Of a DNA stretch of 31,844 nt, positions 7,997 through 16,127 are shown piece after piece. A program made the translations under genes and the position numbers. Source of the DNA: Bacteroidales bacterium (GTDB lineage: Bacteria > Bacteroidota > Bacteroidia > Bacteroidales > NBLH01). Within the stretch, counting starts at the first letter, position 1; each line of letters opens with the position of its first letter. The notes below the pieces were generated by a model. That model searched no databases, was not told the origin of the DNA, and worked only from the letters and a program-made list of their open reading frames with translations. The stretch lies in contig JAOZNO010000001.1 of NCBI GenBank assembly GCA_029933755.1, positions 1-31,844 on the forward strand, written 5' to 3'.

Positions 7997-8568
7997 TGCT
8001 GACAAGAAACGCAATAGGGATAATAGAGCTTTCCAGTATAACTAAAGGTTATCAGGTACAGGATGCTGTACTGAAATCTTCTAATACAGAAAAGCTAATT
8101 TCCAGATCTATTTGCCCTGGAAAATACTTCATAGTAATTAAAGGCGATGTAGCGGATATAGAAATTGCAATTAGTATAGCAAAGGAAACGGGTGGTTATG
8201 CAATAGTTAATTTAACTTCTATCCCCAATTTGGATCCAAAAGTTTTTCCGGCCATTACAAGTTCTAATGTAATTGAACATGATAAGGATCAGAAAAAAGT
8301 TGGAGCATTGCTAATTATTGAAACTTTTTCAGTTGTTTCGGCAATAAAGGCCGCAGATTTTGCTGCAAAGGAAGCAGAACTTGATATCCGGCATATTCAT
8401 GTAGCAATGGCAATAGGCGGGAAAGGAGTAGTTGTTATTACTGGTGAAATAAGTGCACTGGAAGCGGCAGTTATACCTGCTATTGAATATTGTAAAGAAG
8501 ATGGAATGCTTGCGGACTATACAATTGTACGTAACCCGCACCCAGAAGTTTTAAAAGAGTTAATATAA
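7996..8568 (+). CDS. pduT: PduT-like tandem-domain shell protein (BMC-T) with pore Cys
   Basis: AIGIIELSSITKG, ICPGKY (cluster-binding Cys motif), second domain IETFSVVSAIKAADFAAK..AIGGKG. ATG at 7996 overlaps the pduS stop (TGATG). Confidence 0.9.
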   Translation: MLTRNAIGIIELSSITKGYQVQDAVLKSSNTEKLISRSICPGKYFIVIKGDVADIEIAISIAKETGGYAIVNLTSIPNLDPKVFPAITSSNVIEHDKDQKKVGALLIIETFSVVSAIKAADFAAKEAELDIRHIHVAMAIGGKGVVVITGEISALEAAVIPAIEYCKEDGMLADYTIVRNPHPEVLKELI

Positions 8569-8587
8569 AAATAAAAAGGATAATATT

Positions 8588-9409
8588 ATGGCTACAGAAT
8601 TTGAAATTAAGAAACAGATTGTAGAAATTGGGAAAAGAATTTGGACAAGAGGCTATGTTGCTTCTAATGACGGTAATATGACCGTAAAATTGAACGACAA
8701 GGAGATACTTGCTACACCAACAGGAATTAGCAAAGGGTATATGACTGAGGATATGATAATTAAATGCGACCTTGACGGGAACGTTATTTCCGGGAATCCG
8801 AAATATAAACCATCAAGTGAGGTTAAAATGCACCTTGCCGTGTATAAAGCACGACCTGATATAAAATCAGTAGTACATGCACATCCACCTTATGCTACAA
8901 GTTTTGCTGTTGCAGGAATACCATTGGACAAATGTGTGCTTCCGGAAGCAATTATTGTAATTGGTGCTGTACCTATTGCGCCATATGGCTTACCTTCTAC
9001 TATGGAAATACCTGACAGGATGATGCCTTTTATTAAAGATTCAGATGTGATTTTATTAGAAAATCACGGGGCTTTAACCTTTGGGACTGATTTGTTGAAT
9101 GCATATCATAAAATGGAAACGCTTGAGCATACTGCAAACATTGTTTGGAAATCTATTCAATTAGGGAATGTTAACATTATGCCTTCTAAAGAACGTGACC
9201 GTTTATTAGCCTTAAGAGAAAAATTCAATTTAACAGGAGAAGTAGCAGCTTGTAATACAGCACCTTTGGGACAGGAATCGCAAAATATCATGGCTTTTGG
9301 TCAATATTCAAAAAATCAGAAACAAGAAACAAATGATACAAATACTGTTTCAGAAGATGCTATTAAAGAAATAGTTGGTAAAGTTTTGGATAAACTTAGA
9401 AATAGTTAG
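8588..9409 (+). CDS. Class II (metal) aldolase, FucA/RhaD/AraD family, with C-terminal encapsulation peptide
   Basis: GNMT, TPTGISKG, PSSEVKMH, metal ligands HAH and ENHG. C-terminal helix VSEDAIKEIVGKVLDKLRNS after a polar linker. Confidence 0.93.
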   Translation: MATEFEIKKQIVEIGKRIWTRGYVASNDGNMTVKLNDKEILATPTGISKGYMTEDMIIKCDLDGNVISGNPKYKPSSEVKMHLAVYKARPDIKSVVHAHPPYATSFAVAGIPLDKCVLPEAIIVIGAVPIAPYGLPSTMEIPDRMMPFIKDSDVILLENHGALTFGTDLLNAYHKMETLEHTANIVWKSIQLGNVNIMPSKERDRLLALREKFNLTGEVAACNTAPLGQESQNIMAFGQYSKNQKQETNDTNTVSEDAIKEIVGKVLDKLRNS

Positions 9410-9593
9410 TAAGCACTAAGTGCTATTTAATGTTGCTTACGCACTCGTGCAAAGCTCTTACTATATGCAGGTTGCTTAAATATACAAATAAAAATGTCAC
9501 GGAACTTACTTGCTAATTAGTGCATGAACGGAAACTAAGTGTTTGGATGGGAAATTTTAAGTTCTAGGCTTGTGAAATCTTAAAATTCAAGAG

Positions 9594-9609
9594 TTTACTT
9601 TTGTAAATG
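9594..9609 (+). promoter_or_regulatory. Candidate -7 promoter element upstream of ackA
   Basis: TTTACTTTTGTAAATG, identical to 1768-1783, contains TAnnTTTG. Confidence 0.45.
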
Positions 9610-9674
9610 ATTGTTTTTTAAGATGAGTATAACGAAGAAATTGGAATTTCCGGTCAAACACTAATTACTAAAAT

Positions 9675-10847
9675 ATGAAAATCTTAATTGCAAATCCCGG
9701 GAGTACTTCTTACAAATGTAAGCTTTATGATGCCGATGATATGACTATTCTTTTTGAAGCAACAGTAGAAAGAATCGGTTCTGATGATGGTATTTACTCT
9801 TATAATTTTTTTGGTTCAGAAATAAAGTCTGAAGTGCTTGATATACCAAATTATTATAAGGCGGTAGAGCTTACAGTTGAATCATTAAAAGGAAAATATT
9901 CAGTTGATGAACTTTCTGCAGTAGGTTTTAAAACGGTTCATGCCAAGGGAGTTACAGGTTGTGTTGAGCTTAGTGAAGATGTGCTTAATGCCATGGAGGA
10001 GTATAGGTTTTTGGCACCTGTACACACAGATGTGTATATAACCGCTATTGCTATTTTTAAAGAATTATTACCAACAAAGCCTTTGGTTGGATTATTTGAA
10101 ACTCACTTTCATAAAAACATTCCTGCTGAAGCTTATATGTATGGAATCCCATATGAACTGTATAAGAAACATGGAATAAGAAAATTTGGGTTTCATGGCT
10201 CATCACATAGATATATTGGGCAACAGGCCAAAGAGTTATTTGGTGCTGACAAAGTAATTTCCTGTCACCTTGGCGGAAGCTCATCTGTTTGTGCCATCAA
10301 AGATGGTTGGTCTATTGATACTTCTATGGGGATGAGTCCACAAAGTGGCTTGCTAAATGCAAAGCGGGTAGGGGATTTGGATCCATTTGCACTTTTATTT
10401 TTGATGGAAAAAGAAAAGCTTTCACCCGAAGAAATGGGGAATATTCTTATGTCAAATGGAGGCCTTTACGGTATATCCGGTGTGAAAAGTGGTGATTTTC
10501 GTGATATTGAAGAAAAAATGGCCAAAGGAGATCAGCGCTCCCAGCTTGCTTTCGATACTTTTGCATACTATGTTAAAAGGTATATTGGTGAGTATATAGC
10601 TATTTTAAACGGTGCTGATTGCATTGTCTTTACTGCAGGCGCAGGTCAAAAAAGCCCCTTGCTTCGTAAAACAATACTATCCAATATGGAAAACATAGGT
10701 ATTACGCTTGATGATAAAAAAAATAACTCGAAACTTTCAGAGGGGTTAATTTCAAGTAGTGATTCAAAAATAAAAGTAGCTGTTATACCAACAAATGAAG
10801 AGTATATTGTTGCCTCAGAAGTAAAAAAATATTTAGCTGGGCTCTGA
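9675..10847 (+). CDS. ackA: Acetate/short-chain acyl kinase, divergent active site
   Basis: ANPGSTSYK, ERIG, GFHGSSH, CHLGG, DTSMG, RVGDLDP, PTNEE. Confidence 0.92.
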   Translation: MKILIANPGSTSYKCKLYDADDMTILFEATVERIGSDDGIYSYNFFGSEIKSEVLDIPNYYKAVELTVESLKGKYSVDELSAVGFKTVHAKGVTGCVELSEDVLNAMEEYRFLAPVHTDVYITAIAIFKELLPTKPLVGLFETHFHKNIPAEAYMYGIPYELYKKHGIRKFGFHGSSHRYIGQQAKELFGADKVISCHLGGSSSVCAIKDGWSIDTSMGMSPQSGLLNAKRVGDLDPFALLFLMEKEKLSPEEMGNILMSNGGLYGISGVKSGDFRDIEEKMAKGDQRSQLAFDTFAYYVKRYIGEYIAILNGADCIVFTAGAGQKSPLLRKTILSNMENIGITLDDKKNNSKLSEGLISSSDSKIKVAVIPTNEEYIVASEVKKYLAGL

Positions 10848-11031
10848 AAAATATTTTCTCTAATCTGTTTTAGGAATTAATCAGGTTAAAATAGTAACTG
10901 TTAATTAAACAAAAGCTACAAATTACAGCACAATACTCTTTCGGTAGATAGTTATCACGAGACTGGCATGTTTGAGCTGAAATTTATGGACAATAGTTAC
11001 ACATTGCTGCCATTGTTCAAGTGTAATATCA

Positions 11032-11090
11032 TTTAAGGCCACCTCTAATAATTAATTTGCCACAAAGTAATTAATAGAGATGGCCTTAAA
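11032..11090. repeat. Long imperfect hairpin
   Basis: 28-bp arms at 11032-11059 and 11063-11090 with 3 mismatches and a 3-nt loop (CCA). Confidence 0.75.
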
Positions 11091-11142
11091 CCAGTACTAA
11101 TTGATAATTGATAATTCAAAAAGAATATTATAGTTTGCCTAC

Positions 11143-11174
11143 AAAAAAAGCCTCTCACTTTCGTGAAAGGCTTT
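11143..11174 (-). terminator. Rho-independent terminator of the tRNA(CAT) gene
   Basis: Minus strand AAAGCCTTTCAC-GAAA-GTGAGAGGCTTT followed by a U run. Confidence 0.8.
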
Positions 11175-11180
11175 CTACAG

Positions 11181-11254
11181 TGGGCCCACATGGGTTTGAA
11201 CCATGGACTCCCTGATTATGAGTCAGGTGCTCTAACCAACTGAGCTATGGGCCC
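11181..11254 (-). tRNA. tRNA with CAT anticodon, most likely tRNA-Ile2 (lysidine); elongator Met not excluded
   Basis: GGGCCCA acceptor, D arm GCTCAGTTGGTTAGAGC, anticodon arm CCTGA-CTCATAA-TCAGG, T arm CATGG-TTCAAAC-CCATG, A73, no encoded CCA. TACTTTTG -7 element at 11285-11278. Confidence 0.93.
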
Positions 11255-11418
11255 TGAAATTGAATAATTTCGGATTGCAAAAGTAAATATATTTTTATAA
11301 TATCTAAACTTTTTTGAATATTTATTACCAAATGATGTAATAAAATTAATTCAGTAGTGTATATTCATAAAATTCAGGCTTATTTAGTATCTTCGAAATT
11401 TAATTTTAAATATTGATA

Positions 11419-12054
11419 ATGAGTAAGCTATTGAAAAATATAGATAATATTATTTTTGACCTTGGAGGTGTTATTTTGGAGATAGATTTAGATATGATAA
11501 AAAAAGGTTTTATGAGTTTGGGTTTTAATGATTTAGAGTCTAGTTTTGAGACTTTTAAGCATAACCAAATTTTTGAAAAATTTGAAAGGGGTCAAATTGA
11601 ACCCCAGGTTATGCGCAATGAGATTAGAAAAGCAAGCCCTAATCCGTTTTCTGATAAAGAGTTTGAGAAGGTTTGGAATTCGGTTATCATTAATTACCCT
11701 AAAGAAAATATTCAGTTATTAAAAGATTTACATGGTAAGTATACAACATTTCTGCTAAGCAATACGAATGAAATACATTATGATTTTTATACAAAAATGC
11801 TTAGTCAGGAGTTTGGTATAGAGAAACTTGATTTACTATTTAATAAAGCCTATTACTCGCATACTTCAGGAATGAGAAAACCTAATCCTAAATTTTTTGA
11901 ACTTGTACTCAATGAAAACAGTTTAAAACCCGAAAACACACTGTTTATTGATGATTTTGAAGAAAATATTGAGGCAGCGAAATTATTAGGTATAAAAACA
12001 ATTCACCTAACAGGTTTTAATCTTGCTGATACTTTAGGAACTGTAAACAAATAA
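11419..12054 (+). CDS. HAD-family phosphatase (YihX-like)
   Basis: IIFDLGGV motif I, LLSNTN, GMRKP, FIDD. ATG 11419 preferred over TTG 11413. Confidence 0.9.
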   Translation: MSKLLKNIDNIIFDLGGVILEIDLDMIKKGFMSLGFNDLESSFETFKHNQIFEKFERGQIEPQVMRNEIRKASPNPFSDKEFEKVWNSVIINYPKENIQLLKDLHGKYTTFLLSNTNEIHYDFYTKMLSQEFGIEKLDLLFNKAYYSHTSGMRKPNPKFFELVLNENSLKPENTLFIDDFEENIEAAKLLGIKTIHLTGFNLADTLGTVNK

Positions 12055-12113
12055 GTGTTTTTATTCATTTACAGCTCCTTAGTATACAACAAAATTATTA
12101 AAAAATAGTGGTA

Positions 12114-13163
12114 CTATTTTAATTGATCTTTTGTTAATTCTTTATATTCCTGTCTGTTATTGTATATGTCAAGGGCAAGATACATTGCCTGTCTAAATGA
12201 TTCTGCACTAGCTTTATTCTTGCCTGCTAAATCATAAGCTGTACCATGTGCCGGCGATGTACGAACTACAGGCAGGCCCGCAGTAAAGTTTACACCCTTA
12301 GAAAAAACCAATGATTTAAAGGGAGCCAAGCCCTGATCGTGATACATTGCCAAAATTGCATCAAATTTAGAATAATCATCAGAGCCAAATAGGCCATCTG
12401 CCGGATATGGGCCTAAAGCCATAATATTCTCATTTCTTGCCTCTTCTATTGCAGGGATAATAATTTCCAGCTCTTCTGTCCCTATCAGTCCTTGATCGCC
12501 TGCGTGTGGATTAAGTCCAAGCACAGCAATTTTAGGATTTGTTATAGCGAAATCTTCAATTAATGATTTGTTTAAAAGACGTAATTTTTTAAGTATTTCT
12601 TTTTTTGTAATTGCTTCTGCAACATCCTTTAATGGTATGTGCCCTGTAACTACACCAACCTTAATGTTATCACTAACCATAAGCATAAGAACATTATTTA
12701 CTTCAAACTTGCTTTTTAGATATTCTGTATGCCCGGGAAAATCAAATCCTTTAATTTGAATATTTTTTTTATTAATTGGTCCTGTTACCAAAATATCAAT
12801 CTCACCTGCTTTAATGTCCTCCACTACTTTTTCAAGAGACATAAACGATGCTTCTCCTGCCATTTGTGTTGATTTTCCTAATTCAACACGAATATTATCA
12901 TCAAGACAGTTAATAATATTAGCCCTTTTATGATTTGCTTCAGAAGGGACTCTTATATTATTCATACTAAAATTAGTGATATTTATAGCTTTACGGTGAT
13001 AAGCAACAATTTTAGATGAGCCATATAATATTGGGGTAAATAAATCAAAAATACGGGTGTCAGTAAGTGATTTAATAATTACCTCGTAACTAATTCCATT
13101 AATATCTCCCTGACTAATTCCTAATTTTAACCTTTTACTAGTCTTTTTTTGCTTTAAATCCAT
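12114..13163 (-). CDS. pdxA: 4-hydroxythreonine-4-phosphate dehydrogenase
   Basis: GDINGISYE, VTGPINK, FPGHTE, TGHIPL, GLNPHAGD, GPYPADG, AMYHDQG, VRTSPAHGTAYD. Confidence 0.96.
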   Translation of the reverse strand: MDLKQKKTSKRLKLGISQGDINGISYEVIIKSLTDTRIFDLFTPILYGSSKIVAYHRKAINITNFSMNNIRVPSEANHKRANIINCLDDNIRVELGKSTQMAGEASFMSLEKVVEDIKAGEIDILVTGPINKKNIQIKGFDFPGHTEYLKSKFEVNNVLMLMVSDNIKVGVVTGHIPLKDVAEAITKKEILKKLRLLNKSLIEDFAITNPKIAVLGLNPHAGDQGLIGTEELEIIIPAIEEARNENIMALGPYPADGLFGSDDYSKFDAILAMYHDQGLAPFKSLVFSKGVNFTAGLPVVRTSPAHGTAYDLAGKNKASAESFRQAMYLALDIYNNRQEYKELTKDQLK

Positions 13164-13173
13164 TTAGTCTTTT

Positions 13174-14607
13174 TTAATATTTTTTTAGAAAGTCAAATAG
13201 CAAACGAGTTCCTACTCCAGTTCCGCCAGTTGTATAATAATGTATGTTTTTATGTACATAAGATGGTCCTGCTATATCCAAGTGAATCCAGGGATAATCA
13301 ACATAATATTCAAGAAACTTACCTGCAGTAATTGCACCGGCAACTCGTCCTCCAATATTTTTCATATCAGCAATACTTGACTTCAATAACTCTTTATAAT
13401 CATCCCAAAAAGGAAACCGAACAATACGTTCAGAAGTGCAGTCTCCACTATTGGTTAATTCATTAAAAGTATCATCACTTGCAGTTCCCATAGCTACAAT
13501 ACCATAATGGCCTATTGCAAAAGCAGCAGCACCAGTTAGCGTAGCTAAATCAAAAACCAATTCAGGATCATATTTTTTTGCATAACTTAAAGCATCTGCC
13601 AATATTAACCTTCCTTCAGCATCGGTATTTAAAACTTCAACTGTTTTACCATTATGCATTGTAATTACATCACCAGGAACATAAGCATTTGGGCCGATAG
13701 CATTATCAGTGACAGGAATTAAGCCAATCACTTTTACCGGAAGCTTTGCTTTTGAAATTGCAGCCATTGTTGTTGCAACAATTGCAGCTCCACCCATATC
13801 AGATTTCATATAATCCATACTGTCAGCGGTTGGTTTTAAGCTGTAACCACCTGTATCATAAACAATACCTTTACCAACAAGTACAATTGGTTTGGCATTT
13901 TTGGCATTTTCAGGTGTCCAACTTAGAATTATAAATCGGGGAGGAATTTTACTTCCTTTGTTTACAGCAAGCACACCACCCATTTTCAAACTTTCAATTT
14001 GCCGTTTTTCCAGAACTTCTAATTTAAAACCTGATTGCTCACTTAATGCCTTTACTTCTTTAACCATTTGCTTAGTGTCCAAAAAAGAGTGTGGTTCATT
14101 AACAAATGTTCTTGCACTAAAAACGGACTCTACCAAAATTGACAACTCCTTTACTTCATGTTCTTTCAAGTCATCGTTAATTAACTTAATCGATTCTAAC
14201 GAGTTCTTTTTATCCTCTTTGTCTTCAAAATATTTAAGAAACTGGTAATGACTTAAAGCGAGTCCTTCAGTATAATCTAAAAGTAGTTGTTTATTGTTAT
14301 TTGTTTCCACAATCTGAATTTGTTCTATATTATTGGGGTTCAAATAACTTTTAAGTTTTGCTGCAGATCTTCGAAGTTCTTCCCTTTTTAGGTTATCATC
14401 ATCTTTATCGGGTATAAACTGTACAAAAACCCACCTTTTATACTGATTTATAGCTATAAATTTCTCTTTTCTCTCCTGAGCTTTTTTAATGTAACTAAGC
14501 TCATTGTCAGTTAACTGAAAGCCTTTTAATAGCTCAGAACTATCTGTTAAAACTATTAAGGCTTCATTATCCTTTACAGAGGCTTGTTTTGATATATTTA
14601 TTGACAT
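13174..14607 (-). CDS. pepA: Leucyl aminopeptidase (M17)
   Basis: LVGKGIVYDTGG, MKSDMGG, NTDAEGRL, DLATLTGA, WIHLDIAG. Confidence 0.95.
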   Translation of the reverse strand: MSINISKQASVKDNEALIVLTDSSELLKGFQLTDNELSYIKKAQERKEKFIAINQYKRWVFVQFIPDKDDDNLKREELRRSAAKLKSYLNPNNIEQIQIVETNNNKQLLLDYTEGLALSHYQFLKYFEDKEDKKNSLESIKLINDDLKEHEVKELSILVESVFSARTFVNEPHSFLDTKQMVKEVKALSEQSGFKLEVLEKRQIESLKMGGVLAVNKGSKIPPRFIILSWTPENAKNAKPIVLVGKGIVYDTGGYSLKPTADSMDYMKSDMGGAAIVATTMAAISKAKLPVKVIGLIPVTDNAIGPNAYVPGDVITMHNGKTVEVLNTDAEGRLILADALSYAKKYDPELVFDLATLTGAAAFAIGHYGIVAMGTASDDTFNELTNSGDCTSERIVRFPFWDDYKELLKSSIADMKNIGGRVAGAITAGKFLEYYVDYPWIHLDIAGPSYVHKNIHYYTTGGTGVGTRLLFDFLKKY

Positions 14608-14876
14608 AATATTTTAATATTAATTCAAGTAAAATTATAAACAGCGAAAATATTAAATAAAAACCTTCTATCTAAATTTTTGAACAATATTAAATAAAAC
14701 ATAAACAAATTTATATGTAAGTTTGCCGACTTATAAATAAGTGTTAGAATAAAAAATAAAGCTTTAGCCTGAATTATTCAGGTAGTGATGAAATACAGTT
14801 TTATACAAAGAAAATATTGATATTTCTAAGCTGTTTAATGAGTAAATACTAATTTTAAAGATAAATTACTGAGAAA

Positions 14877-15998
14877 ATGAACTATAACTATATATTTAAA
14901 AAAGCACTTGATTTTAACTTTTTAAGCATTGATGAGGGGATGTATTTGTACGAAAAAGTACCTGTACCTGATTTAATGTGGCTAGCTAATGAAGTTAAGA
15001 AAAAAATTCATGGTGAAAACAGCAATAAGGTAGGTTGGATTATTGACAGAAATGTTAATATCACGAATGTATGTATTGCGCAATGTAAATTTTGCAATTT
15101 TTATCGTCGGCCTGGTGCCCCGGATACGTATATAACAAGTACAGAAGAGTATAAAGAGAAAATTGAGGTGTTACGTAAATTTAACGGAAATCAATTGTTA
15201 TTGCAAGGGGGCTTACATCCTAAATTAGGATTAGAATTTTATTCAAAATTATTTAGTGATTTAAAATCATCATATCCTGATTTAAAGCTACATGCTTTAG
15301 GCCCGGCAGAAATAGCTCATATAGCACGTATTGAAAAGCAGTCATATAAGTTTATACTTGAAAAATTGATTGAGGCCGGACTTGATAGTCTTCCTGGTGC
15401 CGGAGCTGAAATTTTGGTTGACCGTGTGCGAAAAACGGTTTCAAAAGGAAAATGTAGTGCAGATCAATGGCTTGATGTAATGCGTGAAGCACATAAACTG
15501 AATATGATTACATCTGCAACTATGATGCTGGGGCATATTGAAACCAAAAGAGAAAGAATGGAACACCTCGTGAAAATCAGGCAGGTTCAGTCTGAAAAAC
15601 CAGAAAATTCTCCTGGATTTATTTCTTTTATTCCATGGCCATTTATGGATGAAGGAACACAGTTAAATGTAGAAGATGGTGTGGTTAATAATGTAAAATC
15701 TGAAGAATATATCAGAACCATCGCAATAAGCAGAATTATGTTACCAAATGTAAAAAATATACAGGCTTCGTGGTTAACAGTTGGTGAAGAAACTGGTAAA
15801 ATATGCCTGCATGCGGGTGCTAATGATTTTGGATCAATTATGATTGAAGAAAATGTTGTTTCTGTAGCTGGTGCGACACAAGAGTTTGATGCTGAGGGAA
15901 TTCAAAAAGCAATTATTGATGCTGGATTTACACCTTTTCTACGTGATCAAACCTATCATCCTGCGGTTAATGCAGACAAAGTGCTTATTAGGGCTTAA
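14877..15998 (+). CDS. mqnC: Radical SAM cyclic dehypoxanthine futalosine synthase (CofH/MqnC family)
   Basis: RNVNITNVCIAQCKFCNF (CX3CX2C), LLQGG, SLPGAGAEIL, ATMMLGHIE, NIQASW, GANDFGSIMIEENV. Confidence 0.85.
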   Translation: MNYNYIFKKALDFNFLSIDEGMYLYEKVPVPDLMWLANEVKKKIHGENSNKVGWIIDRNVNITNVCIAQCKFCNFYRRPGAPDTYITSTEEYKEKIEVLRKFNGNQLLLQGGLHPKLGLEFYSKLFSDLKSSYPDLKLHALGPAEIAHIARIEKQSYKFILEKLIEAGLDSLPGAGAEILVDRVRKTVSKGKCSADQWLDVMREAHKLNMITSATMMLGHIETKRERMEHLVKIRQVQSEKPENSPGFISFIPWPFMDEGTQLNVEDGVVNNVKSEEYIRTIAISRIMLPNVKNIQASWLTVGEETGKICLHAGANDFGSIMIEENVVSVAGATQEFDAEGIQKAIIDAGFTPFLRDQTYHPAVNADKVLIRA

Positions 15999-16056
15999 TT
16001 CTAAATCTCTGTGGTACTACTGAAAACTTAGTAGGTAACTAATTAAAATGTATCTT

Positions 16057-16127
16057 GGTTATTTGTTTATACGTTTATGCCCTTATATTGCTTAATTATC
16101 TAGTCATAAACAAATCAACGAATAACC
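16057..16127. repeat. Imperfect inverted repeat, REP-like
   Basis: 23-bp arms at 16057-16079 and 16105-16127 with 4 mismatches. A 19/20 copy of the left arm lies at 20897-20916. Confidence 0.6.

Noticed and set aside
9410-9545. Small palindromes after the aldolase gene (AGCACT-A-AGTGCT, GTAAGCA..TGCTTAC)
   Set aside because: Stems of 7 bp or less with no coherent structure; possibly decayed repeats.
10898-11050. Possible 40-46-codon ORFs on either strand after ackA
   Set aside because: No good start context or recognisable motif; within chance expectation.
11419-12054. HAD phosphatase as a BMC pathway member
   Set aside because: It is separated from the locus by a tRNA and terminator, has no encapsulation peptide, and looks like a generic housekeeping HAD.
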